Of a stretch of DNA of 64,000 nucleotides, positions 27,944-37,101 are shown in pieces. The notes below the pieces were generated by a model, which was given only the letters and a program-made list of their open reading frames with translations, was not told where the DNA came from and ran no database searches. The position numbers were made by a program, and so were the translations under genes. The stretch is from Arenicellales bacterium. GTDB lineage: Bacteria; Pseudomonadota; Gammaproteobacteria; Arenicellales; JAJDZL01. Position 1 is the first letter of the stretch. Each line of letters starts with the position of its first letter. The stretch spans positions 2,238,822 to 2,302,821 of the forward strand of contig OZ243952.1 of assembly GCA_965214615.1 (NCBI GenBank). Reading direction: 5' to 3'.

Positions 27944-28774
27944 TCAATGCCCATCGATCACTGTCAGACGGCGACGATTGACGCATCCTGCAAACGCCGC
28001 ACGCAATTCACCGGCTCTTTCGGCATTCAATTCAGACACCACGACACCGTCGCCCTGAGCGCGGCTTGCCAGAACTGTCCCCCAGGGGTCGACAATCATC
28101 GTATGTCCGTAGGTGCGGCGACCTCCTGGGTGCTCGCCATATTGGGCCGGCGCCACCACATACGCAAAGTTTTCGATTGCCCGTGCGCGAAGCAGAACCT
28201 CCCAGTGACGGCTCCCCGTGGTGTGCGAAAAAGCCGAGGGAACTACGAACCAGCTGGCGTCGAGATTGGCCAGCCGGCGATACAGTTCAGGAAAGCGCAC
28301 ATCATAGCAAATCGATAGCCCGACCTTCCCTGCCGGCGTATCCGCAACCTGCACACTGTCTCCGGGCTCGGTATAGCTTGATTCGAAATAGCGTTCGTCG
28401 GCGCTCAAAGACACGTCAAACAGGTGAATCTTGTCATATCGGGCGACTCTGCGCCCGCGATCGTCATGAACAAAGCAGGTGTTTCTGACAGCTGAGGAGG
28501 TGCCGGCAGCAGTAAATATCCCCGCGGAAATGATCCACATACCGTGTTCGGCCGCCAGGCGCTGCAACGCAAGCTCGACGGGTCCGGCCCGGTCCCCGGG
28601 CTCGCATTCGCTCAGCCGCTGATCACGGTCCCGCGGCATAAGGGCAAAGCACTCGGGCAGAACGGAAACTTTTGCGCCGGACTGCTTCGCCTGGCCGATC
28701 AGTGCTGCGGCCTTTTCCAGATTCAGGGACATGGTGTCGCCTGCGCTCATTTGAATGGCGGCAACGCGCGTCAA
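27944..28774 (-). CDS. Carbon-nitrogen hydrolase (Nit1 / deaminated glutathione amidase-like)
   Basis: LPE, YDKIHLFDV, ICYDVRFPE (E-K-C triad), RARAIEN, GHTMIVDPWG. Confidence 0.93.
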   Translation of the reverse strand: MTRVAAIQMSAGDTMSLNLEKAAALIGQAKQSGAKVSVLPECFALMPRDRDQRLSECEPGDRAGPVELALQRLAAEHGMWIISAGIFTAAGTSSAVRNTCFVHDDRGRRVARYDKIHLFDVSLSADERYFESSYTEPGDSVQVADTPAGKVGLSICYDVRFPELYRRLANLDASWFVVPSAFSHTTGSRHWEVLLRARAIENFAYVVAPAQYGEHPGGRRTYGHTMIVDPWGTVLASRAQGDGVVVSELNAERAGELRAAFAGCVNRRRLTVIDGH

Positions 28775-29121
28775 GACGGCACTCTTGAAAACACAACCAG
28801 AATCTGAATGGAATCCGGCTCGCCGGATGCCGGTTCAACCGAAATGTCGGCACCCGGAACACCAAGGCCGATCAAGGTATTGCGGACTTCAATCGCCCAG
28901 TTGTTTCCCGCATCTCCGCCCGGATAGCGGATAATCAGTCTCGCATCAGCAGATTCGCCGAATTCATTGACCGCCCGGCGCAGCTGGGGAATGCTCAGTA
29001 CCGCTTCGATCGAAACCGGCTGCGGCCATTCGTAGCGAAAAACACGCGCCTCAAAGTCCGCCGAAGCAATCCAGGGCGCGAACAGGCCTAGCCCAATGGC
29101 GAATTTCCTGAACACTCTCAT
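28771..29121 (-). CDS. Hypothetical exported protein
   Basis: Signal-peptide-like N-terminus; 4-bp overlap with the nitrilase gene suggests translational coupling. Confidence 0.7.
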   Translation of the reverse strand: MRVFRKFAIGLGLFAPWIASADFEARVFRYEWPQPVSIEAVLSIPQLRRAVNEFGESADARLIIRYPGGDAGNNWAIEVRNTLIGLGVPGADISVEPASGEPDSIQILVVFSRVPS

Positions 29122-29130
29122 TTCGATGCG

Positions 29131-32100
29131 CTATTGCGAAGATGCCACAGGAATCGGCTCCACCGCTACATCGCTCCAAGGGCCTTTGATCGAATAGCGG
29201 GTCGTCGCAATTTCCTTTTGCAGCGCTTCATCCTTCGATGTGCGCTTTTGCAGCAGGTATGCCAGAACACCGGCCGGAAGACCTGCGATTGTCGTAATCA
29301 GAGTCGGAATTGCCGAGGTGATCTTCGGTTCAACAAATGCAATCAGGTCGTGGGTCTCATTCTCCCAGTCAGAGGTTCCCGCTATGACCATGTCTGCACC
29401 TTCCCCGGCTACAGTCATCTTATCCACTGTGATCAACCCTGAATCCACCGTTGCCGCGCCTCTGATCTTTTCGAACTGGTAGCCACTCTTGAAAGTATCA
29501 CCGAAATCAACCGTCAGTCTTCGCAGCAAGCTTCCGAATTCAAACAGGCCAAGCACCTTTGCCCCGGCAGAATTCGATTTCAGAAATGCTCCGTCGTCAG
29601 CCCTGAAACTTGCGTTCCCGAACGTATCGGCAGCGGACCAGTTCGTCAAGGCGTCGTTCCACGAGAGCGTCGCCTCTAGACTCGCCGTACCCTGGGAGAT
29701 CAAATCCTTGTAGCCGAGTTCTTCCATGGCCTGCCCGAAGTCATCGGATTTGAACCTGATGCTCAGCTGTGTTCGCTGATGGTCTTCCAGTGAATCCCAG
29801 TTTCCGGTCAGGCCGATGTTCAGCGCACCGGCATCGAAACTGGAACTGTGAATCTTCCAGCCGTCCTCGGAAGGTTTGCCGGCGAGCCGCGCCTTGCCAA
29901 GATTGTATTTTCCGAAAACCAGGTCATCGCAGGCGAAAATGATCGCAGGAAGGGATCTGGGATCGACCGGAGCGGCTGATTTTTCCCCTGCGGCCTCCGG
30001 AAGATGGCATTTCGACATGCTGACGATCAGTTCCGGCTGCTCATCCTCGGCTCCTTCATGATTTCGATACTCCATCACGCCCGCAATCTGGTCGCCGCTT
30101 AAATTCATTCGCCATCCGCTGTCTGTCGCAGCGTAGCTCACCTCAACCTGCTGCACCGGACGCTGTCTTGACAGCACCAGGGTGCCGGTCGTGGCGTTGA
30201 GCTGCTTTAGATTTTCCAGGCCAAATGCGTTTTCGCGATCGGCCTTTGGAGAGTTGCCGATTTTCATCCACCCGTCTAGATCAATAGTCGGCGCAATTAC
30301 ATTCAAAGCGATGCCGCCGTCTGGCACAGGTGGTTGCTTTGCCCCGAGACCGGCAGCGCCCTGGGTAATTTCCCACCTGCCGGACTCTTTGGAGAATGCC
30401 AGCGAGGCGCCTAGAAGCGAATCCACTTGAATGTCGACTTCCTGATAGACGGGGCTGGTTCGCCGCACATCAATGACAGTCATCCAGATTTCTTCGGACT
30501 GCTTGGCAAGCGGCGCAGGCAGTTGAGCTTCGACGCCGATCAAATTGCTCGACAAATGGGCCTCGAACTCCCCCTTGCGAACTTCATAGCTGGCCTTGTA
30601 GGAACCCGAACCGCCAAGGTGCGCGGGAATTGCAGGTCCGAGCACAGGTCCGAGCTGCGAGGGATCGACATCGCCGTACGAGGTACCGGTGATTTCCCAT
30701 TGACCCGGAGCGCTTGTTCCGGTAAAGGCAACTTCCGAACGGCCGCCGAACGCCGAAGCTGTCAGTGCACCACTCAGGATTCCGTATCGGCCGAATTTCA
30801 TCACTCCGCGCAAATCGGACAGGGTCGCTCCGTTGCTCAAAATCGCGGACGCGCCATTCAGATCGATCGAGCCGTCCACGGCAAACTCGCGCGCTCTTCG
30901 CATCGGCACGACAAATTTCGCTGACGCGGACACTTCGCCGTCACCGTCTCGAATCAATGACAGCTTGCCGGGAATCGCACTGCCTTCAGCGCCGAAAAGC
31001 GCTATGGCCTTATCGACCGGAACTTGCATGGATCCGGTCAGGATCATATCCGGCTCCGGAACCAGTATGTCCTCGATTACCGCATGTACATCCTTTGCGG
31101 CTTGGCCGTACACGGTTCCTTGAGCCAGCCGGGCTTCGAATTTTCTTTCGAGAAGCTCAAATGCTCCGGATCCATTTTCAACGGGAGGTAGTTTGTCACT
31201 GTATGCGAAATTCAAATTCACGAACTCGCCGGCGGCTTCTATCTCAAGGTCTGCTAGGCTGCGCAAATTATCAACCCTGATCGTTGCCTTGGCTTGCGGA
31301 ACCCAAAGCGATTCAAGATTCTTTGACATGTAGAGGTGAAATTTTGGCGGAAACGACTGCTGATACTGCCGCAGCAGCGAGACAAAATCCAAGCCCTGCA
31401 ATTGAATTTCGGCATCCAAGGCGCCGCTTTCGCCGGCAGATGCGCCAGGCGTCCAGGCACCGCTTGCAGCGATGGCGGCAACCGCAACACCGGGCATTCC
31501 GGCAGCCAGGTCCGGATCTTGCGCCGTCGCATCCCAGCTCGCACCGATGAGCTTGCTGTCTTGCCAATTCGCGCGCAGCTTCGCATTCACCACGGTTCTA
31601 ACGTCAGCAAGCGGAACGCGCGGAATGTTGGCGAATTTCAGCCATGCCAGATCCAATTGCGCAATATCCACATTCAATTGCGTTGCAGAATCGCGTCCGC
31701 CACGAGCCTCGGCAACGTCCAATTCAAATTCCACCGTCGACTCGTTGTATAGCGTCGTAGCGGCTCGGCCTAAAATGGCATAGCCATCAGGTGTCGGCAT
31801 GCTGTTCAGTTCAAAAGCGGCATTGACCGAAACCGTCGTATCCGACAAGTCCCAGTCGATATCCATCCGGCCTTGGTCAACCGACAGATTCTCAATTCGC
31901 GCCAGAGCCGAAACAAAGCCGACAGGAAGCCCCTGATTGCGCTGCGTCTGGCTCCGCTCCGCGGCCTGCCTTACGGCGCCGCTTATGCGGGGTTGCGAAA
32001 TTCTGAGCCGCTCAATGCGCCATGCGCCTGAAAGCGCGGCGCTGACCGCGGCCCGAACCTCGACATCCTCGGCCTCGGCATGCAAAGTGTGCTGTTCGTT

Positions 32101-32337
32101 GTCGTGAGTCAGCGACAGCCTCTTCGCTGTGAGTGTCGGCGCAGAAGTGAACAAGTCAACACCGATGCGCTCAACCGACACTTGGTAATCGGTTGCATCA
32201 TTGATCCAGCCGACGATATAGGGTGCGAACACGTTGATGTTCGACAGCGCGATCAAGGCGATTACGACCAATGCCGCAAACAGGCCGATCAGCGCCGCAA
32301 TCACCCTGACAGGCCATTTGATATACCACAATGCCAT
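29131..32337 (-). CDS. yhdP: YhdP / AsmA2-like phospholipid transport protein
   Basis: N-terminal TM helix, long beta-rich body, C-terminal LRRLTVDFGDTFKSG...YSIKGPWSD; lies between maf and nit-tldD. Confidence 0.85.
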   Translation of the reverse strand: MALWYIKWPVRVIAALIGLFAALVVIALIALSNINVFAPYIVGWINDATDYQVSVERIGVDLFTSAPTLTAKRLSLTHDNEQHTLHAEAEDVEVRAAVSAALSGAWRIERLRISQPRISGAVRQAAERSQTQRNQGLPVGFVSALARIENLSVDQGRMDIDWDLSDTTVSVNAAFELNSMPTPDGYAILGRAATTLYNESTVEFELDVAEARGGRDSATQLNVDIAQLDLAWLKFANIPRVPLADVRTVVNAKLRANWQDSKLIGASWDATAQDPDLAAGMPGVAVAAIAASGAWTPGASAGESGALDAEIQLQGLDFVSLLRQYQQSFPPKFHLYMSKNLESLWVPQAKATIRVDNLRSLADLEIEAAGEFVNLNFAYSDKLPPVENGSGAFELLERKFEARLAQGTVYGQAAKDVHAVIEDILVPEPDMILTGSMQVPVDKAIALFGAEGSAIPGKLSLIRDGDGEVSASAKFVVPMRRAREFAVDGSIDLNGASAILSNGATLSDLRGVMKFGRYGILSGALTASAFGGRSEVAFTGTSAPGQWEITGTSYGDVDPSQLGPVLGPAIPAHLGGSGSYKASYEVRKGEFEAHLSSNLIGVEAQLPAPLAKQSEEIWMTVIDVRRTSPVYQEVDIQVDSLLGASLAFSKESGRWEITQGAAGLGAKQPPVPDGGIALNVIAPTIDLDGWMKIGNSPKADRENAFGLENLKQLNATTGTLVLSRQRPVQQVEVSYAATDSGWRMNLSGDQIAGVMEYRNHEGAEDEQPELIVSMSKCHLPEAAGEKSAAPVDPRSLPAIIFACDDLVFGKYNLGKARLAGKPSEDGWKIHSSSFDAGALNIGLTGNWDSLEDHQRTQLSIRFKSDDFGQAMEELGYKDLISQGTASLEATLSWNDALTNWSAADTFGNASFRADDGAFLKSNSAGAKVLGLFEFGSLLRRLTVDFGDTFKSGYQFEKIRGAATVDSGLITVDKMTVAGEGADMVIAGTSDWENETHDLIAFVEPKITSAIPTLITTIAGLPAGVLAYLLQKRTSKDEALQKEIATTRYSIKGPWSDVAVEPIPVASSQ

Positions 32338-32420
32338 AATGCAGGTCCTTTGCTATCACATCTGACGGAACGTGTATTGATTCATTCGTTTGCGGCTGGC
32401 CAAAAGACACCCTGATACGC

Positions 32421-33080
32421 CTAGTACCAGAATTCGCCGCTCCAACCGCTACTGCCGGGTATTTGCGACTTTGAACCGCCGTACGCTGCGTCGTATGACG
32501 GCGCAGCCACTCCGATGCTTCGCAACAGCGCCAAGGTTCTGTCCATAGGCATTCCTACCACAGTGCTGTAGCTTCCATCCAAACGATCGACAAAACCGGC
32601 GGCGGCACCCTGAATGGCGTACGCCCCGGCCCGGCCGACATATTCGCCCGTATCCAAAAACATGTCAATTTCCCGTTTAGACAGCGTCCTGAACCTAACG
32701 TTGCTGCATTGCGCGTCAACGGTTTCGGTTTCCGCGCACCGCACCGCAACGGCGCTGTGCACCTGATGCACGCATCCGGAAAGCGCGCCCAGCATTCGAA
32801 TTGCATCGTCCCGGTCCTGCGGCTTGCCGTACACCGCATCATCCATCGCCACGCAGGTGTCGGCGCCGAGAACAGCGGAGTTTTCGGCATGCGCTGCAGT
32901 CAAGTCGGCTCCGCGGCGCGCCTTTTCAATGGCGAGCCGGCGGACATATCGCGCAGGACTTTCGTGCTCGCACCAGCACTCGTCGATATCCGGTGAAACC
33001 GCTACGAACTTAAGCTTCAGGTCTTTGAGAAACCGGATTCTCTGCGGCGAACTCGACGCCAGATACAGTCGGGGAGCCAT
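32421..33080 (-). CDS. maf: Maf family nucleoside triphosphate pyrophosphatase (YhdE-like)
   Basis: LYLASSSP.R, DIDE, GADT, GKP, AGAYAIQG, GSYSTVVGMP. Confidence 0.93.
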   Translation of the reverse strand: MAPRLYLASSSPQRIRFLKDLKLKFVAVSPDIDECWCEHESPARYVRRLAIEKARRGADLTAAHAENSAVLGADTCVAMDDAVYGKPQDRDDAIRMLGALSGCVHQVHSAVAVRCAETETVDAQCSNVRFRTLSKREIDMFLDTGEYVGRAGAYAIQGAAAGFVDRLDGSYSTVVGMPMDRTLALLRSIGVAAPSYDAAYGGSKSQIPGSSGWSGEFWY

Positions 33081-33136
33081 GTGCAGCAGTTCCAACCTGA
33101 AACCCCAGTGCCAGTCTTAAGCGAACCCAGGCGCAA

Positions 33137-33502
33137 TCAGTGCGATTCGCCGGCACTTCCGGAAACCGCGACGTCCTTGAGTGACGGTTTCCAATGATTT
33201 TCCAAGTCGTAGAATTCACGCGTCTCACGAAGCATGATATGAACGAGAACGTCATTGTAATCCAAAAGCACCCATTGACCGTGCTGTTCGCCCTCGACAC
33301 CGAGCGGACGGATGCCTTTGTCGCGCACCGAATCGACGATGGTTTTCAAAATAGCGCGGACATGGCGATTGGAGGTGCCTGTCACCACGACCATGTAGTC
33401 CGTGATATCGGTCATTTCCCGTACATCAAGCACTGCGGTGTCGACACCTTTAGCGTCATCGACCGATTCCACGACAAACTGCAGCAACGCGTTCGATTTC
33501 AA
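33137..33502 (-). CDS. rsfS: Ribosome silencing factor
   Basis: D.KG.D, TGTSNRHV, WVLLD..DVLVHIM...REFYDLE. Confidence 0.96.
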   Translation of the reverse strand: MKSNALLQFVVESVDDAKGVDTAVLDVREMTDITDYMVVVTGTSNRHVRAILKTIVDSVRDKGIRPLGVEGEQHGQWVLLDYNDVLVHIMLRETREFYDLENHWKPSLKDVAVSGSAGESH

Positions 33503-33520
33503 TTGCCCATCACCTCCTGA

Positions 33521-34147
33521 TCAACGGTAGAGCCGGTGTTCGGCGATATAGCCGGATACGGCATCGGGAACCAGCCCGGAACCCGCCTGTCCGGCCGCAA
33601 ACATTTTTCGAATCCGGGTCGAGGAAATATCCATCGGCACTGTTTCAATGTGGCAAATCGCACCGCTGATGCGCTTGCAAATGTGCAGCGGGCTGTCGCA
33701 TGTCAAGCGCCGGTAGCGGGCGGTCGAAGCTGGCATTAGGCGGCTGCCGAATCGATTGACCACGATGATGTTGGCCAGACGCAGCACCTCGGCCCGCCAA
33801 TACCAGCGATGGAACAGGGCGAACGCATCTGCGCCAAGTATCAGGCACAGCGGCCTGAAGCGGTATTCGCGACGAAACTGGCGCAGCGTCGGCACCATGT
33901 ACGACTTTCCGGGACGGCGCAATTCGCGGTCGTCGGCGACAAACCCCGGGATATCGGCAATCGCGAGGGCAACCATGTTCAAGCGATGCGTCGCATCGGT
34001 TCTCGGCGCACGGCGGTGGCCGGGCCTGGCGCTGGGGATATAGCGGACTTCGCGAATGCCTGTCTGTCTGCACACATCCAGTATCGGCTGAATGTGACCA
34101 TAGTGAATCGGGTCGAAAGTGCCGCCGTAAATGCCGAGCGCATTCAT
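33521..34147 (-). CDS. nadD: Nicotinate-nucleotide adenylyltransferase
   Basis: GGTFDPIHYGH, ILGAD, ISSTRIR. Confidence 0.95.
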   Translation of the reverse strand: MNALGIYGGTFDPIHYGHIQPILDVCRQTGIREVRYIPSARPGHRRAPRTDATHRLNMVALAIADIPGFVADDRELRRPGKSYMVPTLRQFRREYRFRPLCLILGADAFALFHRWYWRAEVLRLANIIVVNRFGSRLMPASTARYRRLTCDSPLHICKRISGAICHIETVPMDISSTRIRKMFAAGQAGSGLVPDAVSGYIAEHRLYR

Positions 34148-34258
34148 GCAGAAACGAAGCCGCCATGGCGCAAAGCCGCGATGCGCCTCTTTGATCGGCA
34201 CCAGCGGGAGGGCGAAATGACCATCGATGCAGAACCGGACACGGCCGGATGCCAATGC

Positions 34259-35539
34259 CTATTCCCTGACAGTACCATCGCCGTAGACCACGTATTTTTG
34301 TATCGTCAAGCCCTCGAGTCCCACCGGGCCCCGGGCATGGAGCTTGTTTGTACTGATGCCGATTTCAGCACCCAGTCCGTATTCATAGCCGTCAGAAAAC
34401 CGGGTCGACGCGTTGACCATGACCGAACTGGAATCGACCTCGTTCACGAAGCGCTGAGCGCTTGAAATGCTTTCCGTGACGATGCTGTCGGTATGCGCAG
34501 AGCCATAGCGCTCAATGTGGTCGATCGCCTGATCCAGATCATCGACGACGCGAACAGCAAGTATCGGCGCAAGGTATTCGGCGTACCAGTCGGATTCGGA
34601 CGCTGGCGCAATATCCGAATCGAACTCGCACGCTGCGGCGCAGCCGCGTAGCTCGACGCCGGCATCCTTGAACCGGGGAATAATCGCAGCAAGAAATTCA
34701 GACGCTGCGGGACGTGCGACCAGCAGGGTCTCCATCGCATTGCACACTCCGTAGCGATGCGTCTTGGCGTTAAACGCCACGCGCACCGCCTTTTCAAGAT
34801 CCGCGTCCGTGTCGACATACACGTGGCATACGCCGTCCAAATGCTTGATCACCGGCACTTTGGCGTGCTCGGAAATTGTTTCGATCAATCCTTTTCCGCC
34901 TCGGGGAATGATGACATCGACCAGATCGTCCAGCGCAATCAATTCCCGGATCGCAGCCCGGTCCGTGGTTTCGATCAGCTGCAGGCCGTGCTCCGGCAGT
35001 CCTGCATCGCGCAACCCCTCGCGCAGGCATTCGGCAATCGCGCAATTGGAGTGGAACGCTTCGGATCCTCCGCGCAAAATGACACAATTGCCTGACTTGA
35101 TGCACAGCGCGCCGGCATCGGCCGTCACATTGGGACGCGATTCGTAGATGAACCCGACAACGCCGATCGGCACGCGCATACGCCCCACCCGGATGCCGGA
35201 AGGGCGCTGGCGCATTTCGGTGACTTCGCCGACCGGGTCCGGCAAGGCGGCGGTTTGGCGCAATCCGTCTATCATTGTCGCGATTCGCTCATCGGTCAAT
35301 TCCAGCCGGTCGATCATGGCATCTGCCAGGCCTGACTGCCGGGCTTTCTCCAAGTCCAGCCGATTGGCGCGCCTAAGCGATGCGCGGCGCGCATCCAGCA
35401 AGTCCGCAGCCCGGATGAGAGCGCCATTGCGTGCCTCGCCCGGCGCGCTGCCCATGCCTCTTGCGGCATGGCGCGCCTCGCGCGCGGCGGATTGCACATA
35501 GGTGCCGATATCCAATGCTGTTTGCGCCTGTATGTTCAT
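34259..35539 (-). CDS. proA: Gamma-glutamyl phosphate reductase
   Basis: [47 protein letters not shown]. Confidence 0.97.
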   Translation of the reverse strand: MNIQAQTALDIGTYVQSAAREARHAARGMGSAPGEARNGALIRAADLLDARRASLRRANRLDLEKARQSGLADAMIDRLELTDERIATMIDGLRQTAALPDPVGEVTEMRQRPSGIRVGRMRVPIGVVGFIYESRPNVTADAGALCIKSGNCVILRGGSEAFHSNCAIAECLREGLRDAGLPEHGLQLIETTDRAAIRELIALDDLVDVIIPRGGKGLIETISEHAKVPVIKHLDGVCHVYVDTDADLEKAVRVAFNAKTHRYGVCNAMETLLVARPAASEFLAAIIPRFKDAGVELRGCAAACEFDSDIAPASESDWYAEYLAPILAVRVVDDLDQAIDHIERYGSAHTDSIVTESISSAQRFVNEVDSSSVMVNASTRFSDGYEYGLGAEIGISTNKLHARGPVGLEGLTIQKYVVYGDGTVRE

Positions 35540-35543
35540 TTCA

Positions 35544-36572
35544 CTAAGTTCCGATTTGCGGCACTCCGCATATCTGCAGAGCGATTCGTTCCAATTCGTT
35601 CCAGATGTCGCCGCCTGATGCAGTACTTTGCCCTTTGAGAATCCGGTCTGCCCGGGCGATTCGGCCGACAATTCTCTCAGAGCCGGCCAAGCCATGGCGC
35701 CGAACAGCCTTTTCAACAGAATTGTGCTTGCTTTTCCAGACTCCCATCTGCTCCATTGCGCCGCGCACAGAGTTGCCGGATGCGACCTTTTCTGCGCAAG
35801 CGCAAATCGTACGAACTTCTCTGGCAAAGACCCATAATATCAAAATGGGATCTTGCCCTTCGTTTCTCAACGAGCGCAGCAGGCGCAATGCGCGTGCGCC
35901 CTGCCCGGCCACGCACGCATCGCCCAGCGCATAGATGCTGAACTGCCCTTGATCCGCGACCACGAGTTCAATTTGCGAGGCGCTCAGCACTTCGCCGCCA
36001 TAGCCCATCGCGATTTTTTGCATCTCATTTGCTGCAGCGAGCATATTTCCTTCAAACAGATACGCCAGCCGGTCCACCGCTTCGCGTTCAAAGCGTATGT
36101 TCCTTCGCTCCAGCACATTTCTTATCCAATCGCGAAACTGGTTGGGAAACAGGGGGCGATTGTCCACGGCAACGGCTCCGGCGCGCCAAGCCTTATACCA
36201 TTTTGTCCGCGCCACGGTCGTGTCGACTGCGCCGGGAAGCAGCATCACGACTGTGTCCGGATCAGCTACCTGCATGCATTGCACCAGCGCTTCAGAACCG
36301 GCAGTGCCGATGCGATCGGTCAGCAGGCGGATTTCAATAATCTTTTTTTGCGAAAACATCGACAGCGACATCATGTGCTGATTCAGAATCGACCAGTCAA
36401 AATCCTTCTCCACGGCGAGCGCTATTCGCTCTTCGTAGCCGGCCTTGCGCGCAGCTGCGCGAATCAGGTCGGCGCTCCGCTCTGACAGGAACGATTCCTT
36501 GCCGTAGATGAAGTAGCGGGGATCGATCTGCGTTTCGAGTCGCGGAGCCAGCGCCTGACGAGACAAATCCAT
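35544..36572 (-). CDS. holA: DNA polymerase III subunit delta
   Basis: [23 protein letters not shown]; position after lptE. Confidence 0.92.
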   Translation of the reverse strand: MDLSRQALAPRLETQIDPRYFIYGKESFLSERSADLIRAAARKAGYEERIALAVEKDFDWSILNQHMMSLSMFSQKKIIEIRLLTDRIGTAGSEALVQCMQVADPDTVVMLLPGAVDTTVARTKWYKAWRAGAVAVDNRPLFPNQFRDWIRNVLERRNIRFEREAVDRLAYLFEGNMLAAANEMQKIAMGYGGEVLSASQIELVVADQGQFSIYALGDACVAGQGARALRLLRSLRNEGQDPILILWVFAREVRTICACAEKVASGNSVRGAMEQMGVWKSKHNSVEKAVRRHGLAGSERIVGRIARADRILKGQSTASGGDIWNELERIALQICGVPQIGT

Positions 36573-36582
36573 TACTCGTCAA

Positions 36583-37092
36583 TCACTGCGCCGGCGGATT
36601 CACCCGGTTGATGAATTTGGTGAGCCTTTCAGCCACCTGGCGCACCGCCTGGCGCCTAAGCTCTTCGCGCTGGCGGGCACTTTTCGTATCGCTCTCCAAT
36701 TCGCCAAGCTGAAGGTCGGTTTCGTCAATGGTCAATTCAATCGCACCGCGTTCGGCCTCCGAGTCCCTGTCCTCGCCTCGAAATGAAAACTTCAGCGTAT
36801 AGGTCTTAGATCTGTACTTGATCGATCCGGTGGCGTCGGGAGTCAGTTCATCGAGGTTGAAACCCTCTTCGCCGACGCTCACTCGCCAGTCGTATTCGGC
36901 GGCAGCGATCTTGTACCCGGATTCACGCAGCGCAACCGAAAGAAGGTAGGACAGCTTCGGGTCACTGCTTTGCGTCTTGATTAAATGGTCGCCCGGAACT
37001 ATCGAAGATTCCTGAGTTCCTCGCAAATGGTAATTGCATCCGATAAGTGCGAACGCAAGCACCGCCGATGTGATGAGTTGAATTGTGCGCAT
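36583..37092 (-). CDS. lptE: LPS assembly lipoprotein LptE
   Basis: Lipobox LIGC followed by NYHLRG; lies between leuS and holA. Confidence 0.85.
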   Translation of the reverse strand: MRTIQLITSAVLAFALIGCNYHLRGTQESSIVPGDHLIKTQSSDPKLSYLLSVALRESGYKIAAAEYDWRVSVGEEGFNLDELTPDATGSIKYRSKTYTLKFSFRGEDRDSEAERGAIELTIDETDLQLGELESDTKSARQREELRRQAVRQVAERLTKFINRVNPPAQ

Positions 37093-37101
37093 AGTCCGAT
37101 T

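Noticed and set aside
35540-35827. Long N-terminal extensions in the ORF track (proA, also nadD, trpC, the PcaD-like hydrolase and the Cache protein)
   Set aside because: They overlap upstream genes or non-coding DNA; family homology begins at downstream ATGs, which were used instead.
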